Virus record (IMG/VR): IMGVR_UViG_3300048599_000083
Coordinates: 1 to 37,381 of that record
Strand: one strand, 5' to 3'
DNA: 37,381 bases
Source: a virus
Lineage: Duplodnaviria > Caudoviricetes
The notes below the pieces were generated by a model. It worked only from the letters and a program-made list of their open reading frames with translations, did not search any database and was not told the DNA's origin. The translations under genes were made by a program, and so were the position numbers. Shown piece after piece: positions 1 to 8,779 of the stretch (within the stretch, counting starts at the first letter, position 1; the number at the start of each line of letters is the position of its first letter).

Positions 1-486
1 GTCCTGGCAGGTCCAGGTGAATCGTCGGAGCAGCCGCTCATCGAGTCGCGTCGGGTGTCTACGGCTGACGCTGATGGTCTTGGGGACAATCTGGATGCGG
101 TGGAGGCCCGCTGGTCCCGAAGGTTGCCTCCTCCTTTTGTCGAGGAACACAAACTCCAGATTGTCGAAGTCGGACGACGCGAGGATGAGCAGATGGTCCT
201 GCTTCCCCTTGCCCAACGTCCGAGCCAGATCGTTCTTCACCTTCGCTGTGAGCGATCTCGCCTGAACGAAGACGACTCGGAGGAATTCATCCTTGTCCTC
301 AGACAGCAGTTCGATCCGCCGAATCGGGGATGCCGAATCCCCCGACAAACCGATCGCTTCGGCCGTCAATGCGGCCCGGCTCCCCGTCTCGTACCCGAGC
401 TTGCTCAGGAACGACGCCACCGCATCCGGAGAGGTCAGGCCAGAGATGTCCCGAGTCTTCAGGTCGTAATCGGTAACGTGAGGCAC
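1..486 (-). CDS. N-terminal part of a probable type IIG (Eco57I-like) restriction-modification enzyme; runs off the left edge
   Basis: Not in the ORF track. Manual translation from GTG at 486 is open to base 1: MPHVTDYDLKTRDISGLTSPDAVASFLSKLGYETG...PIRRIELL...HLLILASSDFDNLEFVFLDK...RLLRRFTWTCQD. This resembles, from recall, N-termini of large fused RM enzymes. No methyltransferase motif is in view. Confidence 0.55.
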   Translation of the reverse strand, partial: MPHVTDYDLKTRDISGLTSPDAVASFLSKLGYETGSRAALTAEAIGLSGDSASPIRRIELLSEDKDEFLRVVFVQARSLTAKVKNDLARTLGKGKQDHLLILASSDFDNLEFVFLDKRRRQPSGPAGLHRIQIVPKTISVSRRHPTRLDERLLRRFTWTCQD

Positions 487-802
487 GATCGCTTGGCTCG
501 CCGAAGAGGACTGCTCACAGTGAGCCTGAGCCGCCGGAGGAAGTCTAAGCCGGGAAACGACGAGCTTCCCCCGTCGGCAACGATGGACTGAAATAGACTA
601 CAGGGCAGCTACTTGCGGCTCAAGATGCGGGGCTCTGCCCGGCGCATTTCTCGTCGTCAAGATCGTTGAACTCAGTCACCAAGGCCACGAGCGGCAAAGT
701 CGTGAAGCTCAGATGGTTGGCATCGCTCGATCAAACCGCGCCGGTCGCAAACTGTGTCGAATCCGACATCTGTCGTTCCTTGGGCGAGCAGGTGTTGCAG
801 CG

Positions 803-831
803 GAAATAGGGATCACTGTGATCCCTATTTC
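803..831. promoter_or_regulatory. 29-bp palindromic site, copy 1 (perfect)
   Basis: GAAATAGGGATCAC-T-GTGATCCCTATTTC: perfect 14-bp arms, AT-rich in a GC-rich background, overlapping the stop codon of the sigma-like gene. Confidence 0.9.
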
Positions 832-1595
832 TGGCCTGCAAACGCAGGGGCGTTCTCCGTGATGAAGTCACGAAGCTTCTGGTACGCCTCGGCCTGCACG
901 CGCTTCACGTCGCCGGGTCGCTTCCTGATGGCCCGAGCGATCTGGGTGGTTGACCTTGGCGGCACGCCATGAAGGCCGGCGGACATTCCCAAGACGGCCG
1001 ACTCGAACGGAGACAGCCCATGCCGGATGGCCCGCCGCATCAACGAGACGGCGGCCTCGCCCGACTCGCAGCGTTCCATCGCACCGGAAGGGCTATCCGT
1101 GCAGGGGCACTCCCGATCGAAGCTGGCAAGAACCTGAATGCCCCCGGTCGTGCGTCGTACCTGTTCGGCCGTCCTGCGACGTCGCTCAGAGAGCGTGCCG
1201 GCGGCCTCGTTCCGGTCGTACTCCCGCATCCGAGAGACACTGTTCCGTGGCGACTGAACGGTTCGCGACCGGTCCCGGATCACGCTCAGCTCGTGGTCGA
1301 TCACGGCGCCAGCGTAGGTGATGTACTTGCCGCGCTCAGGCTCCCATCGGTCGTCCTTCTCCAGCAGCTTCACGACCAGCTCGGTGATCGTGTCTTCCGG
1401 GTCGAAGTTGACCCGCTCACGGGACTTGAGGCTGCGCTGGAATGCGACGACGCGACGGAGGATAAACGGCCAGATCGACCGAATGCGGGCCTCGGGGGTC
1501 ACGGCCTGGGCTTCGTCCCTGCCGAGGAATTGATGGTGCTCCCCGAACGCGAAGAACACCGGGAATTTCTTGCGGAGTCGGTCGTTGTTCGCCAT
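825..1595 (-). CDS. Phage-encoded sigma70-family factor (regions 2 and 4)
   Basis: Region-2-like EDTITELVVKLLEKDDRWEPERGKYITYAGAVI...RTVQSP; region-4 HTH LSPFESAVLG...RSTTQIARAIRKRPGDVKRVQAEAYQKLR. Confidence 0.8.
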   Translation of the reverse strand: MANNDRLRKKFPVFFAFGEHHQFLGRDEAQAVTPEARIRSIWPFILRRVVAFQRSLKSRERVNFDPEDTITELVVKLLEKDDRWEPERGKYITYAGAVIDHELSVIRDRSRTVQSPRNSVSRMREYDRNEAAGTLSERRRRTAEQVRRTTGGIQVLASFDRECPCTDSPSGAMERCESGEAAVSLMRRAIRHGLSPFESAVLGMSAGLHGVPPRSTTQIARAIRKRPGDVKRVQAEAYQKLRDFITENAPAFAGQK

Positions 1596-1601
1596 GTTGC
1601 C

Positions 1602-2141
1602 TCACTCCACCAGGTCGCCTTGGCCGGGGTAATCGCTGGGCTCGATCGCGTAGACGGTGGCCCTTACCCCGGCGTGAGGGCCGAACAGGGTGATCGCGGA
1701 GAGCATCCTGGTCTGACAGTCATTGGCGAAGACGACGCCCGCGATGGCGTCCTCGGTGCCCTTGAACAGATTGACCAGATCCGCCTCCGGCTTGCCGCGA
1801 GGTTGGACCTTTGTGAACTCGCCGTTGGCGTCGTTCCAGCGGACGGGGGCATTCCACAGCTCGCCGTGGCGGTGCCCTCTGGGGGTGCGGGCGAAGAACT
1901 CGATGTAAAGGCGGATGGGACCGACTGGCATCGACACGGCCGCCATCGCCGCCTCGGCCGCGTCCCGCACGAACCGCTGCCAGGACTCCAGGCTGAGCCG
2001 GCCGCGATCCATGTTGTCCTTCTTCTTCCGCCGGGCGAACCGGACCTTCTTCCCCGACTTCGTCGTCGTATTCCCGATGTCCGGCACGGACCACGGGACC
2101 GCCTCGAACCCGAACGCCTCGATCGTGGCGAGCTTCTTCAC
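1602..2141 (-). CDS. rusA: RusA-family Holliday junction resolvase
   Basis: Motif ADLVNLFKGTEDAIAGVVFANDCQ matches RusA DxDNxxKxxxDxL...DDxQ. Start reassigned to GTG 2141, overlapping the upstream stop. Confidence 0.75.
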   Translation of the reverse strand: MKKLATIEAFGFEAVPWSVPDIGNTTTKSGKKVRFARRKKKDNMDRGRLSLESWQRFVRDAAEAAMAAVSMPVGPIRLYIEFFARTPRGHRHGELWNAPVRWNDANGEFTKVQPRGKPEADLVNLFKGTEDAIAGVVFANDCQTRMLSAITLFGPHAGVRATVYAIEPSDYPGQGDLVE

Positions 2142-2515
2142 GGCAGGCCCCCCTCGATCCAGCGGAACAGGGAGGCACGCTCGCAGCGTCCGTCCTCCTG
2201 GTTGAGCCGGATCACGCCCTCGACCGTCGTGTCGTCGGCCAGAAACCGGGTGAACTGGACGATGTCCTGGGCGACCACCTCGACGATCAGGGTCCGTTCG
2301 CCCTGGGTCAGCTCGATCCAGATCGTGCCGTCTCCGGCGAGCCGAACATCGGCGTCTACGTCTTCCAGCCGAAGGTTGTCCGCAAACATCTCCAGGCAGG
2401 TCAGGTAGGCGTCGGGGCGAACCGGCAGCGCGTCCGACCCGTCCCAGCCGTAGGGCAGGCCGTGGAGCGACCGAATCGCGCCACGGATCTCGTCGCCGCC
2501 GGTCCCGAGTGGCAT
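2138..2515 (-). CDS. Hypothetical protein
   Basis: 125-aa ORF tightly packed in the leftward operon with normal globular composition. Confidence 0.7.
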   Translation of the reverse strand: MPLGTGGDEIRGAIRSLHGLPYGWDGSDALPVRPDAYLTCLEMFADNLRLEDVDADVRLAGDGTIWIELTQGERTLIVEVVAQDIVQFTRFLADDTTVEGVIRLNQEDGRCERASLFRWIEGGLP

Positions 2516-2517
2516 GG

Positions 2518-3393
2518 TCAGCGGCCCTCACCCGTGCGGATGCCGCCGCCGCCCGTCCAGCCAGTCGGGAACCGGGCATTCAGCTTCCTCTGGTTGACCA
2601 GCAGGGCCTCCTCAACGCTCGAATTGGCGAGGATGAGGATGTGGTTGACCGCGATCACAGCGTTGATGATCCGGCCCACCTGCAACTGGATGTCCTGCGG
2701 GCGGCCCTGGTAGACCTGTTTCTTGCAGGAATTGGCAGTGAGCCCGGCGAAGGTCTGGGCGTGCAGCATGGTCTGAAAGATCACGCCGCCGAGCATCGAC
2801 ACGAACGCCGGGTTGGCCTGGACCTGCTCGATCGGACGGCTCGCGAGAACCTCGGTGAACTGGACGATCGGGTCGCCAACGGCCACGCGGACCAGCTCGA
2901 TCTCAGGATCGCATTCGCCCCCGAGCGGATTGCAGCCCCAGGCGTCCAGGGCCCAGCACGCGCAGAAGAAGATGTCGCCGCACTCGTCGATGAGCTTCGT
3001 CCGCAGGTCGCCGTAGAAGACCGCCGGGCCGTGCTCGATGAACAACTCGCCCAGCTCGGCCACCTCGCCGACCAACTCGTGCGTGGCCTGGTTGAGATCG
3101 TCCCGCCGTTGCTCAGCGATCGAGAGATCACGCTCGGGGCACTTGGACTTGCGCCACTCGGCATACTGGCTCCAGAGGATCGAAGGCGGCTTCTCGGCCG
3201 AAGGCGGCAGGATCAGGCCGTCACCGCCGCCAAGTCGGATGATCTGTGGGTGAGCGGGGTCCGTTGACGATTCCTCGGGAGCCTCAAGGGCACTGTCGGA
3301 GGTGGGAGCGATCCCGATCCGGTAGGCAGAGACGGCGGCCGGAGGCGCCCCGTCGTCATCCATGCGGTCGTTCGCAAGATCGTTTGGGTCCAC
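2518..3393 (-). CDS. MazG-like nucleotide pyrophosphohydrolase (one intact and one degenerate repeat)
   Basis: HELVGEVAELGE...LIDECGDIFF acidic motifs and C-terminal NQRKLNARFP typical of phage MazG-like proteins. GTG 3393 has an upstream AAGGA RBS. Confidence 0.75.
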   Translation of the reverse strand: MDPNDLANDRMDDDGAPPAAVSAYRIGIAPTSDSALEAPEESSTDPAHPQIIRLGGGDGLILPPSAEKPPSILWSQYAEWRKSKCPERDLSIAEQRRDDLNQATHELVGEVAELGELFIEHGPAVFYGDLRTKLIDECGDIFFCACWALDAWGCNPLGGECDPEIELVRVAVGDPIVQFTEVLASRPIEQVQANPAFVSMLGGVIFQTMLHAQTFAGLTANSCKKQVYQGRPQDIQLQVGRIINAVIAVNHILILANSSVEEALLVNQRKLNARFPTGWTGGGGIRTGEGR

Positions 3394-3395
3394 GG

Positions 3396-3638
3396 TCAAT
3401 CCTTCTGCTTGAGTCGGTACTTGGTGACTTTCGAGCCGTTGCGGGTGCGGACCTTCTCGTGCTGGGTTTGACCCATCAGGTCGCACAGGATGTCGTTGAT
3501 GCTGCGGAGCGACAGCTTGTCGCCCTGGCCGGCGGTGATGGCCTGGATCTCGTCGAGGGACAGCCCCTCCATCGGGGCGTCCGAGAGAATTCGCAGCATC
3601 CGTTCGCAGCCGTCCGCCCGAGTGGGCTTGTCGTTCAT
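3396..3638 (-). CDS. Small winged-helix-like protein
   Basis: MNDKPTRADGCERMLRILSDAPMEGLSLDEIQ...SLRSINDILCDL...VTKYRL; ATGA coupling with the upstream gene. Confidence 0.6.
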   Translation of the reverse strand: MNDKPTRADGCERMLRILSDAPMEGLSLDEIQAITAGQGDKLSLRSINDILCDLMGQTQHEKVRTRNGSKVTKYRLKQKD

Positions 3639-3892
3639 TCCGACTTCATCCCCTCGGGGTCGGCGATCTTGTCCAGCGCGTAGCGGTAGCACGGGTCGCT
3701 CTTGAGGAAGACCACCAGATCCGCGTGATGGATGCGGCGGCCCCGCGACTCGGGGAACTTGAACGACTTGACGGTCCCGCGATCGAGGAGCTTGGCGGCG
3801 GTGCGGGAGGAGATCCCCAGGAGGATCGCCAGATCGCCGGGGGTGTACTGCTCCTTGCGGGCGAGGGTCTTCGGGTACTCGCTGATCTTCAC
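3635..3892 (-). CDS. HTH_17/excisionase-like DNA-binding protein
   Basis: YTPGDLAILLGISSRTAAKLLDRGTVKSFKFPESRGRRIHHADLVVFL, a MerR/Xis-type winged-helix pattern. Confidence 0.8.
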   Translation of the reverse strand: MKISEYPKTLARKEQYTPGDLAILLGISSRTAAKLLDRGTVKSFKFPESRGRRIHHADLVVFLKSDPCYRYALDKIADPEGMKSE

Positions 3893-3993
3893 GGCGGGCC
3901 TCTCGTTTCTTTGAAGTCACTTCGGTTCATGTCCTCATCCCCTAATATCTAGCCAACCATGTGAAAGTCAGACGGAGGCTTGCGATGGTTTTT

Positions 3994-4251
3994 TCAAAGA
4001 ACCTTCGCAAGCTCGTCCATCACCGCCTTCATCTGGGGGACGTAGAGCTGGGTCGTGTCGCGATTTGACGCTCGGCGGCGGCCTTGAGGCTTCACTTTCC
4101 GCACCTTCACGACGCCGATCTTGGCGAACTTTTCGAGCCAGTCCTGGCAGCGGCGGCGATCCTCGCCCCAGAGGCGGGACATGGCGCCGGCCGTGATGGG
4201 TCGTCCCTGGGAGAGCGTGCGGAGCATGAGCGTTCGGAGTGTGATGGTCAT
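3994..4251 (-). CDS. Small winged-helix-like protein
   Basis: MTITLRTLMLRTLSQGRPITAGAMSRLWGEDRRRCQDWLEKFAKIGVVKV; start overlaps the helicase stop. Confidence 0.6.
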   Translation of the reverse strand: MTITLRTLMLRTLSQGRPITAGAMSRLWGEDRRRCQDWLEKFAKIGVVKVRKVKPQGRRRASNRDTTQLYVPQMKAVMDELAKVL

Positions 4252-5876
4252 CAGAAGAGGCTCCCCTGAGTTGCGGGCCGGTAGTTGTCCAGCGCGGCGA
4301 TGTACTGACTCGCCTGTTGGGTGGTCAGGGAGCGGGCGACTTCCTCGTTGATCCCGCCCGAGAGCAAAGTCTTCACCTGGGACGGGGAGGCGAGCCCCAT
4401 TTGCTTGCGCTTCACGAGCTTGTCGATGAGCTTCGAGGCGCCCCACTTCGAGAGGCTGGCGGGGGCCTCCACACCGAAGCTGCGGAGCATTCCGAGCTGC
4501 TTGCCGCTGGCCGGGTTGTTGCCGCGACGATCGAGGTCGTATTTGCGGTTGAGGTGGATGTCGAGGATCTTCGCCACACCCACCGGGTCGTAGGTGATGG
4601 CCTCGTACTGGGCCGACTTCCCCGTGAGGTGGATGTGGAGCGATCGTCGAATCCGCACCGTCTGCTCGGCCTCGGCGATCAGCTCCTCGGGGTCGAGGGT
4701 CTGATCCTTCCGCTCGCGTTTCCGACGCACGGCCTCGTCCCGCACGTCCGCATCGAGCGAGCCGTCGTCGAACAGATCCACCGAGGCACAGATGTCCTTC
4801 GCGCCGCCGTCAGTCTGCCAGTCGAAGTCCACAACCAGGCAGTCTTCCTTGCCCGTGGACGGCGACGGCCGCGTGCCCCGGCCGACCATCTGGGTGTACC
4901 GGTAGCGTTTGCGGGTGACTCGGCCGATCCCGATCGCCGCGACTCGCGGGCAATCCCAGCCCTCGAACAGCAGGTCGCAGCAGGTGATGATCTGGAACGT
5001 GCCGTCGTTGAACCGGCCGAGCTTCTCGTTCTTCTCGGCCTTCGACATCCCCCACTCGCCGCCTACCCCCGCCACGTACTCGGAGGGGCGGCCGAGCCTG
5101 GTGAATATCTGAGCCGCGAGATTGGCGGACCCCACGTCGGGGGTGAAGAACACCGCCGGCCGGTCGCCGATCTCCGCGACGAACGCCCGGCAGAGCTGCT
5201 CCATCTTCGGCGTGACGCGCTCGACCAGCTCGCCGAGCGAGAAGTCGCCGCCGTGGAGCTTGACGCCTCGCAGATCCACCTGGACGCGGCATTCGCGGGT
5301 GCGCACCGGCACGAGCCAGCCTTCGCGGATCGCGCGGCGCATCGAATACTCGAACGCCTTCGTCTTGAACAGCGACCCCAGGTTGCGGTCGTCGCCGCGA
5401 TCCGGCGTGGCGGTGATGCCGAGATGCCAGAAGTCGCGGAAATGGTTGTAGACGTTCTGGTGTCCCTCCGCGAGCGCACGGTGGCACTCGTCGGTGACGA
5501 TGAACCCGAAGGCGTCTCGCTCCCAGCGTTGCAGCCGCTCGCCCTGGAGGGACTGGACGGACGCCACCGTGACCTGGGGCAGCCCGTTCAGGGCCATCTC
5601 GGCGCGAGCGTCACATCCGGCCATCTCGATGGCCGTCTCGAAGCCGAAGGCCGTCAGGGTGTCATACGCCTGCGTGATGAGCACTTCGCGGTGGGCCAGG
5701 AACAGGCCACGCCGGCCGCGTGCCAGGGCTTCCTCGAAGCACATGCCCGAGAGCACGGTCTTCCCGGCGCCGGTGGGGAGGACGACGCAGGTGGCCTCCG
5801 TGCCACCCGCGAACTCGGCGAACGCCGCATCCCGCCCCTCGATCTGGTAAGGCCGATAGGTGATGGTGTGCGGCAT
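4251..5876 (-). CDS. SF2 DEAD/DEAH-box helicase (ResIII/Irc3-like)
   Basis: Q motif RPYQ, Walker A LPTGAGKT, DECH, TATP, EGWDCP, QMVGRGTR. Start reassigned to ATG 5876. Confidence 0.93.
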   Translation of the reverse strand: MPHTITYRPYQIEGRDAAFAEFAGGTEATCVVLPTGAGKTVLSGMCFEEALARGRRGLFLAHREVLITQAYDTLTAFGFETAIEMAGCDARAEMALNGLPQVTVASVQSLQGERLQRWERDAFGFIVTDECHRALAEGHQNVYNHFRDFWHLGITATPDRGDDRNLGSLFKTKAFEYSMRRAIREGWLVPVRTRECRVQVDLRGVKLHGGDFSLGELVERVTPKMEQLCRAFVAEIGDRPAVFFTPDVGSANLAAQIFTRLGRPSEYVAGVGGEWGMSKAEKNEKLGRFNDGTFQIITCCDLLFEGWDCPRVAAIGIGRVTRKRYRYTQMVGRGTRPSPSTGKEDCLVVDFDWQTDGGAKDICASVDLFDDGSLDADVRDEAVRRKRERKDQTLDPEELIAEAEQTVRIRRSLHIHLTGKSAQYEAITYDPVGVAKILDIHLNRKYDLDRRGNNPASGKQLGMLRSFGVEAPASLSKWGASKLIDKLVKRKQMGLASPSQVKTLLSGGINEEVARSLTTQQASQYIAALDNYRPATQGSLF

Positions 5877-5878
5877 GG

Positions 5879-7141
5879 TCAGGCGTATCGCTCCGTGCGG
5901 ATGAAGTAGCCTGCCTCGCCGCACTTGCGGCAGGGCTGTCCGTCCTCGGTGTGTCCCTGACCCTTGCACACATCGCAGTACAGCCAGTCCTTCGGGTGGC
6001 TGGCGTTCAGCAGGCGGTGCAGCAGGAAGAAGAACGGGCCGATGTTGTGGGTGCCCTTGGTCCGCTCGCGGGCGGACGTGAACGCCTTCCTCGCCCGCTT
6101 GCGGAACGCAAAACGGGCCTCGGTGAGATGGTGGAAGAGGAGCGCGTCGTTGCGGTACTTTTCGGTATTCCCGAGCAGCTTGGCAAACTCGCCGCACATG
6201 ACGGTGAACCACTCGTCATCGGGCATTTCCGATTCCGCCACCTCGGACCTCGCCGCCTCCGCACCCTCGGCCGAGTCCGTTTCCTTGGTCCGGCCGGCGT
6301 CGTCTTTGACCTGGGTGATCCCCGTCACCTCGCGGATCGCGTCGGCGACCGCCATGCCCGAGCACACGAGATTCACGATCTCGGCCCGCTCGTTCTCGTT
6401 GTTCTTCGTGGCCTTGAGGATCGCGAGCAGGTCAAGCCGTCCGACGCCCAACGGGCCGAGGATCTCGATCTGCTCCTGCGTGAAGCCGTTCACGATTCTC
6501 AGGTCGCGGCTCACCGTCGCCTTCGACTGCCCTGTCGTCGCGGCCAACCGATCGCGGAAGGTCGCGGGGTGATCCTTCGCATCCGAGTCGGACGCCGATT
6601 CACCGTCGCCCGACTGGTCCGCCACGACGACCGTCCGCTTCGGATCGTCCGCCGCCGACTCGCCCTCGCCGGAACTCGAATCACAGTGATCGTTATTTCC
6701 CTCGGATGCCGACTCCGCGTCCGCCTCCGGCTTCGGCTTGGGCCGCCGCCCGCTGGCCCGCTTGCCGATCAGGTCGGGGTACTTCTTGCGGAACGCCTCC
6801 TGCCACTGACGGATCAGGGTAAGGCGCTTGTTGCCGTTCGGGGCCTGCCGGCAGGCGTTCTCGGTCATCTCCGCGAGGTCCGCCTCCTCGGCGTCCATGT
6901 CGGCGAAGATTCGGGCCTCGATGAACTCCTCCTTCATCAGCTTCGCCTTCACGTGAAAGCGATGCTTGCCCTGGACGATCAGGTACTCGCCCTCACGCTC
7001 AGGGTCGGGGCGAACCACGATCGGGTTGTACATCCCCTCCGTGGCGATGCTGTCGTGGAGATTCTGGATCGTGGACTCGGTGGGCTTGAACCCCTTCGCC
7101 GTGCGGATCGACTTGCACGGCAGCAGTTGCATCTCGATCAT
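5879..7141 (-). CDS. ParB/Srx-like protein with central HTH and C-terminal CxxCxGxG zinc finger
   Basis: LHDSIATEGMYNPIVVRP...YLIVQGKHRF...EMTENACR (ParB N-domain); RLAATTGQSKATVSRDLRI (HTH); CDVCKGQG...CRKCGEAG. Confidence 0.85.
   Translation of the reverse strand: MIEMQLLPCKSIRTAKGFKPTESTIQNLHDSIATEGMYNPIVVRPDPEREGEYLIVQGKHRFHVKAKLMKEEFIEARIFADMDAEEADLAEMTENACRQAPNGNKRLTLIRQWQEAFRKKYPDLIGKRASGRRPKPKPEADAESASEGNNDHCDSSSGEGESAADDPKRTVVVADQSGDGESASDSDAKDHPATFRDRLAATTGQSKATVSRDLRIVNGFTQEQIEILGPLGVGRLDLLAILKATKNNENERAEIVNLVCSGMAVADAIREVTGITQVKDDAGRTKETDSAEGAEAARSEVAESEMPDDEWFTVMCGEFAKLLGNTEKYRNDALLFHHLTEARFAFRKRARKAFTSARERTKGTHNIGPFFFLLHRLLNASHPKDWLYCDVCKGQGHTEDGQPCRKCGEAGYFIRTERYA
6671..6699. 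promoter_or_regulatory. 29-bp palindromic site, copy 2 (intragenic in the ParB-like gene; left arm degenerate)
   Basis: GGAACTCGAATCAC-A-GTGATCGTTATTTC, located in the low-complexity linker-coding part of the gene. Confidence 0.75.
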
Positions 7142-7249
7142 TGCATCCTCGATTGATTGGATGGTGCGAACCTTGGGGCGTGAACGATCGAGCCGGGATG
7201 GCCCGGACTCGCGACGAAATCTTGAACATCACTGGAAGCGTGAGGACGC

Positions 7250-8230
7250 TTACCTTCGTTTTCCGAGGAACTGGTCCCCGAGAGCGTCACGCATCTCGCG
7301 CCAGTCCCCGCACTGACCCAGCCTCACCGCCAGGTCGAAGAAGCTGACCGTGGAGAGATCCTTGCGGTCCTGCAACGTCCCGTCACGGACGTTGAACGAG
7401 CCGCTCGGGGTCGAATGGCACGGGTCTTCACGGCCAGGCACGTAGCACGACACCCAACCGCTCGGGTTGGGATGGTTCTTCGCCGTGACAAGCCCCCATC
7501 CTTTCGCGATGGCGAGCTTGTGGTCCCCGACCGCTTCGAGGACTTCCTCACGGCCGTAGTGCCGGCTGCTTGGTCTATAGATCCGGTTTGTCGGGTGTGC
7601 CTTGGCCGCCTCCACGAAAAAGCGTGGGGTCGCCAGGCGCGGCATTTCAATGAGCCAGCTCGGGGCTGGCTCGGGCAGGTAGACCCGGTTGGGATTCAGG
7701 GTTCCGACGAATCGGTAGGGCCGCCCCGTGTCCACGTGGACTGAAGGCGGTGCGATGATGAGCGAGTGGTCCGCGATGACGCGGATTTCCTTGTGCTTCT
7801 GCCACCTCCCGGTGCCGCCGTCGCCCCACGTGTCCCAGACGCCGAAGATCATGCCGGAAGGGCATGCCGTCGCGTCGTCGGGCAGCGTGAACCAGTAGTG
7901 CCAGCCACCCGAGCCGGAACGCGACACCCAGGTTTCTCCAGGCGCGTAGCCGTGCTTCGCGCACATGGCCTTCCAGACGGCTTCCGACTCGGGCGAGTCG
8001 AGATCGACGGCAATGACCTTGGTGGGCGTGGGGCTCGTCACGCCGCAGATCACCTGCACGTTCGTCGTTCGCCAGTCGGCGTAGACTGATTCGGGAACAG
8101 GAACGCCTCGGTAATGCTCGGCGTAGGAGGGGAGCATCGGCCCCTTCCTGTCCATCCGCGACGGCAAGGGGCAGAGACCGAGCGCCCGGAAGTGATCCAC
8201 GCACCTCCGGGTGCGCTCGACTTGGTTCAT
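7250..8230 (-). CDS. Bifunctional DNA primase/polymerase (Prim-Pol, AEP superfamily)
   Basis: LGLCPLP...KGP, NVQVICG, VIAVDLD, SRSGSGGWHYWF, IIAPPSVHVDTGRPYRF, PAPSWL. Confidence 0.9.
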   Translation of the reverse strand: MNQVERTRRCVDHFRALGLCPLPSRMDRKGPMLPSYAEHYRGVPVPESVYADWRTTNVQVICGVTSPTPTKVIAVDLDSPESEAVWKAMCAKHGYAPGETWVSRSGSGGWHYWFTLPDDATACPSGMIFGVWDTWGDGGTGRWQKHKEIRVIADHSLIIAPPSVHVDTGRPYRFVGTLNPNRVYLPEPAPSWLIEMPRLATPRFFVEAAKAHPTNRIYRPSSRHYGREEVLEAVGDHKLAIAKGWGLVTAKNHPNPSGWVSCYVPGREDPCHSTPSGSFNVRDGTLQDRKDLSTVSFFDLAVRLGQCGDWREMRDALGDQFLGKRR

Positions 8231-8673
8231 CGCGGGGTCTCACGCTCCGCTCGCTTGGCCTGGATCGCCGCGTCGAGACGCTCGGCGATGGCCGGCTGAT
8301 GCAGGAAGATCGTCACGTAGTCCCGCGAGAGGCCGGTGAAGTCCTCCTTGGATCGAAGCCAGTCGAGATACAGGAGCGCCTCGTCGTCATCGGCGAGCTG
8401 CCCGAGGGTAGCGTCCTTGTACTTCCCGAACCTCATCGCGTAGTTGCCGCACGACTCGACCCGCGAGGTGTAGGGCCGCGAGGCGTCGAAGCCCTCGACC
8501 GCAGGCTTGGTTCCACCCGCCCCGCCGCCACGGCTGCCGCCGTAGCTGCCGCCGGATTTGTTGTTGGCTCCTCCATAGCTGCTCCGGTTGCCGCCGTAGC
8601 CGCCGCCCCCGGTTCCGTGCCCGCCGCGGGTCGATCCGCTGCCGCCGCCGTATCCGCTTCCGTAACCTGCCAC
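8227..8673 (-). CDS. Gly-rich protein with C-terminal 'FGKYK...YLxW' domain (DUF3820/ExoX C-terminal-like)
   Basis: Gly/Tyr/Ser-rich N-terminus, then MRFGKYKDATLGQLADDDEALLYLDWL. Confidence 0.7.
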   Translation of the reverse strand: MAGYGSGYGGGSGSTRGGHGTGGGGYGGNRSSYGGANNKSGGSYGGSRGGGAGGTKPAVEGFDASRPYTSRVESCGNYAMRFGKYKDATLGQLADDDEALLYLDWLRSKEDFTGLSRDYVTIFLHQPAIAERLDAAIQAKRAERETPR

Positions 8674-8779
8674 AGTGGCACCTCGATCGTAGATGGTGTC
8701 GCGTCAAAGATGTCTGTCACGAGCTGCGCGAAGGAGTCCTGCGTTACGGGGTGTCGCGCGGCACGCTGCCCCCGCAACG

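Noticed and set aside
55-591. 178-aa plus-strand ORF at the left edge
   Set aside because: It is antisense to the more protein-like minus-strand frame 1..486
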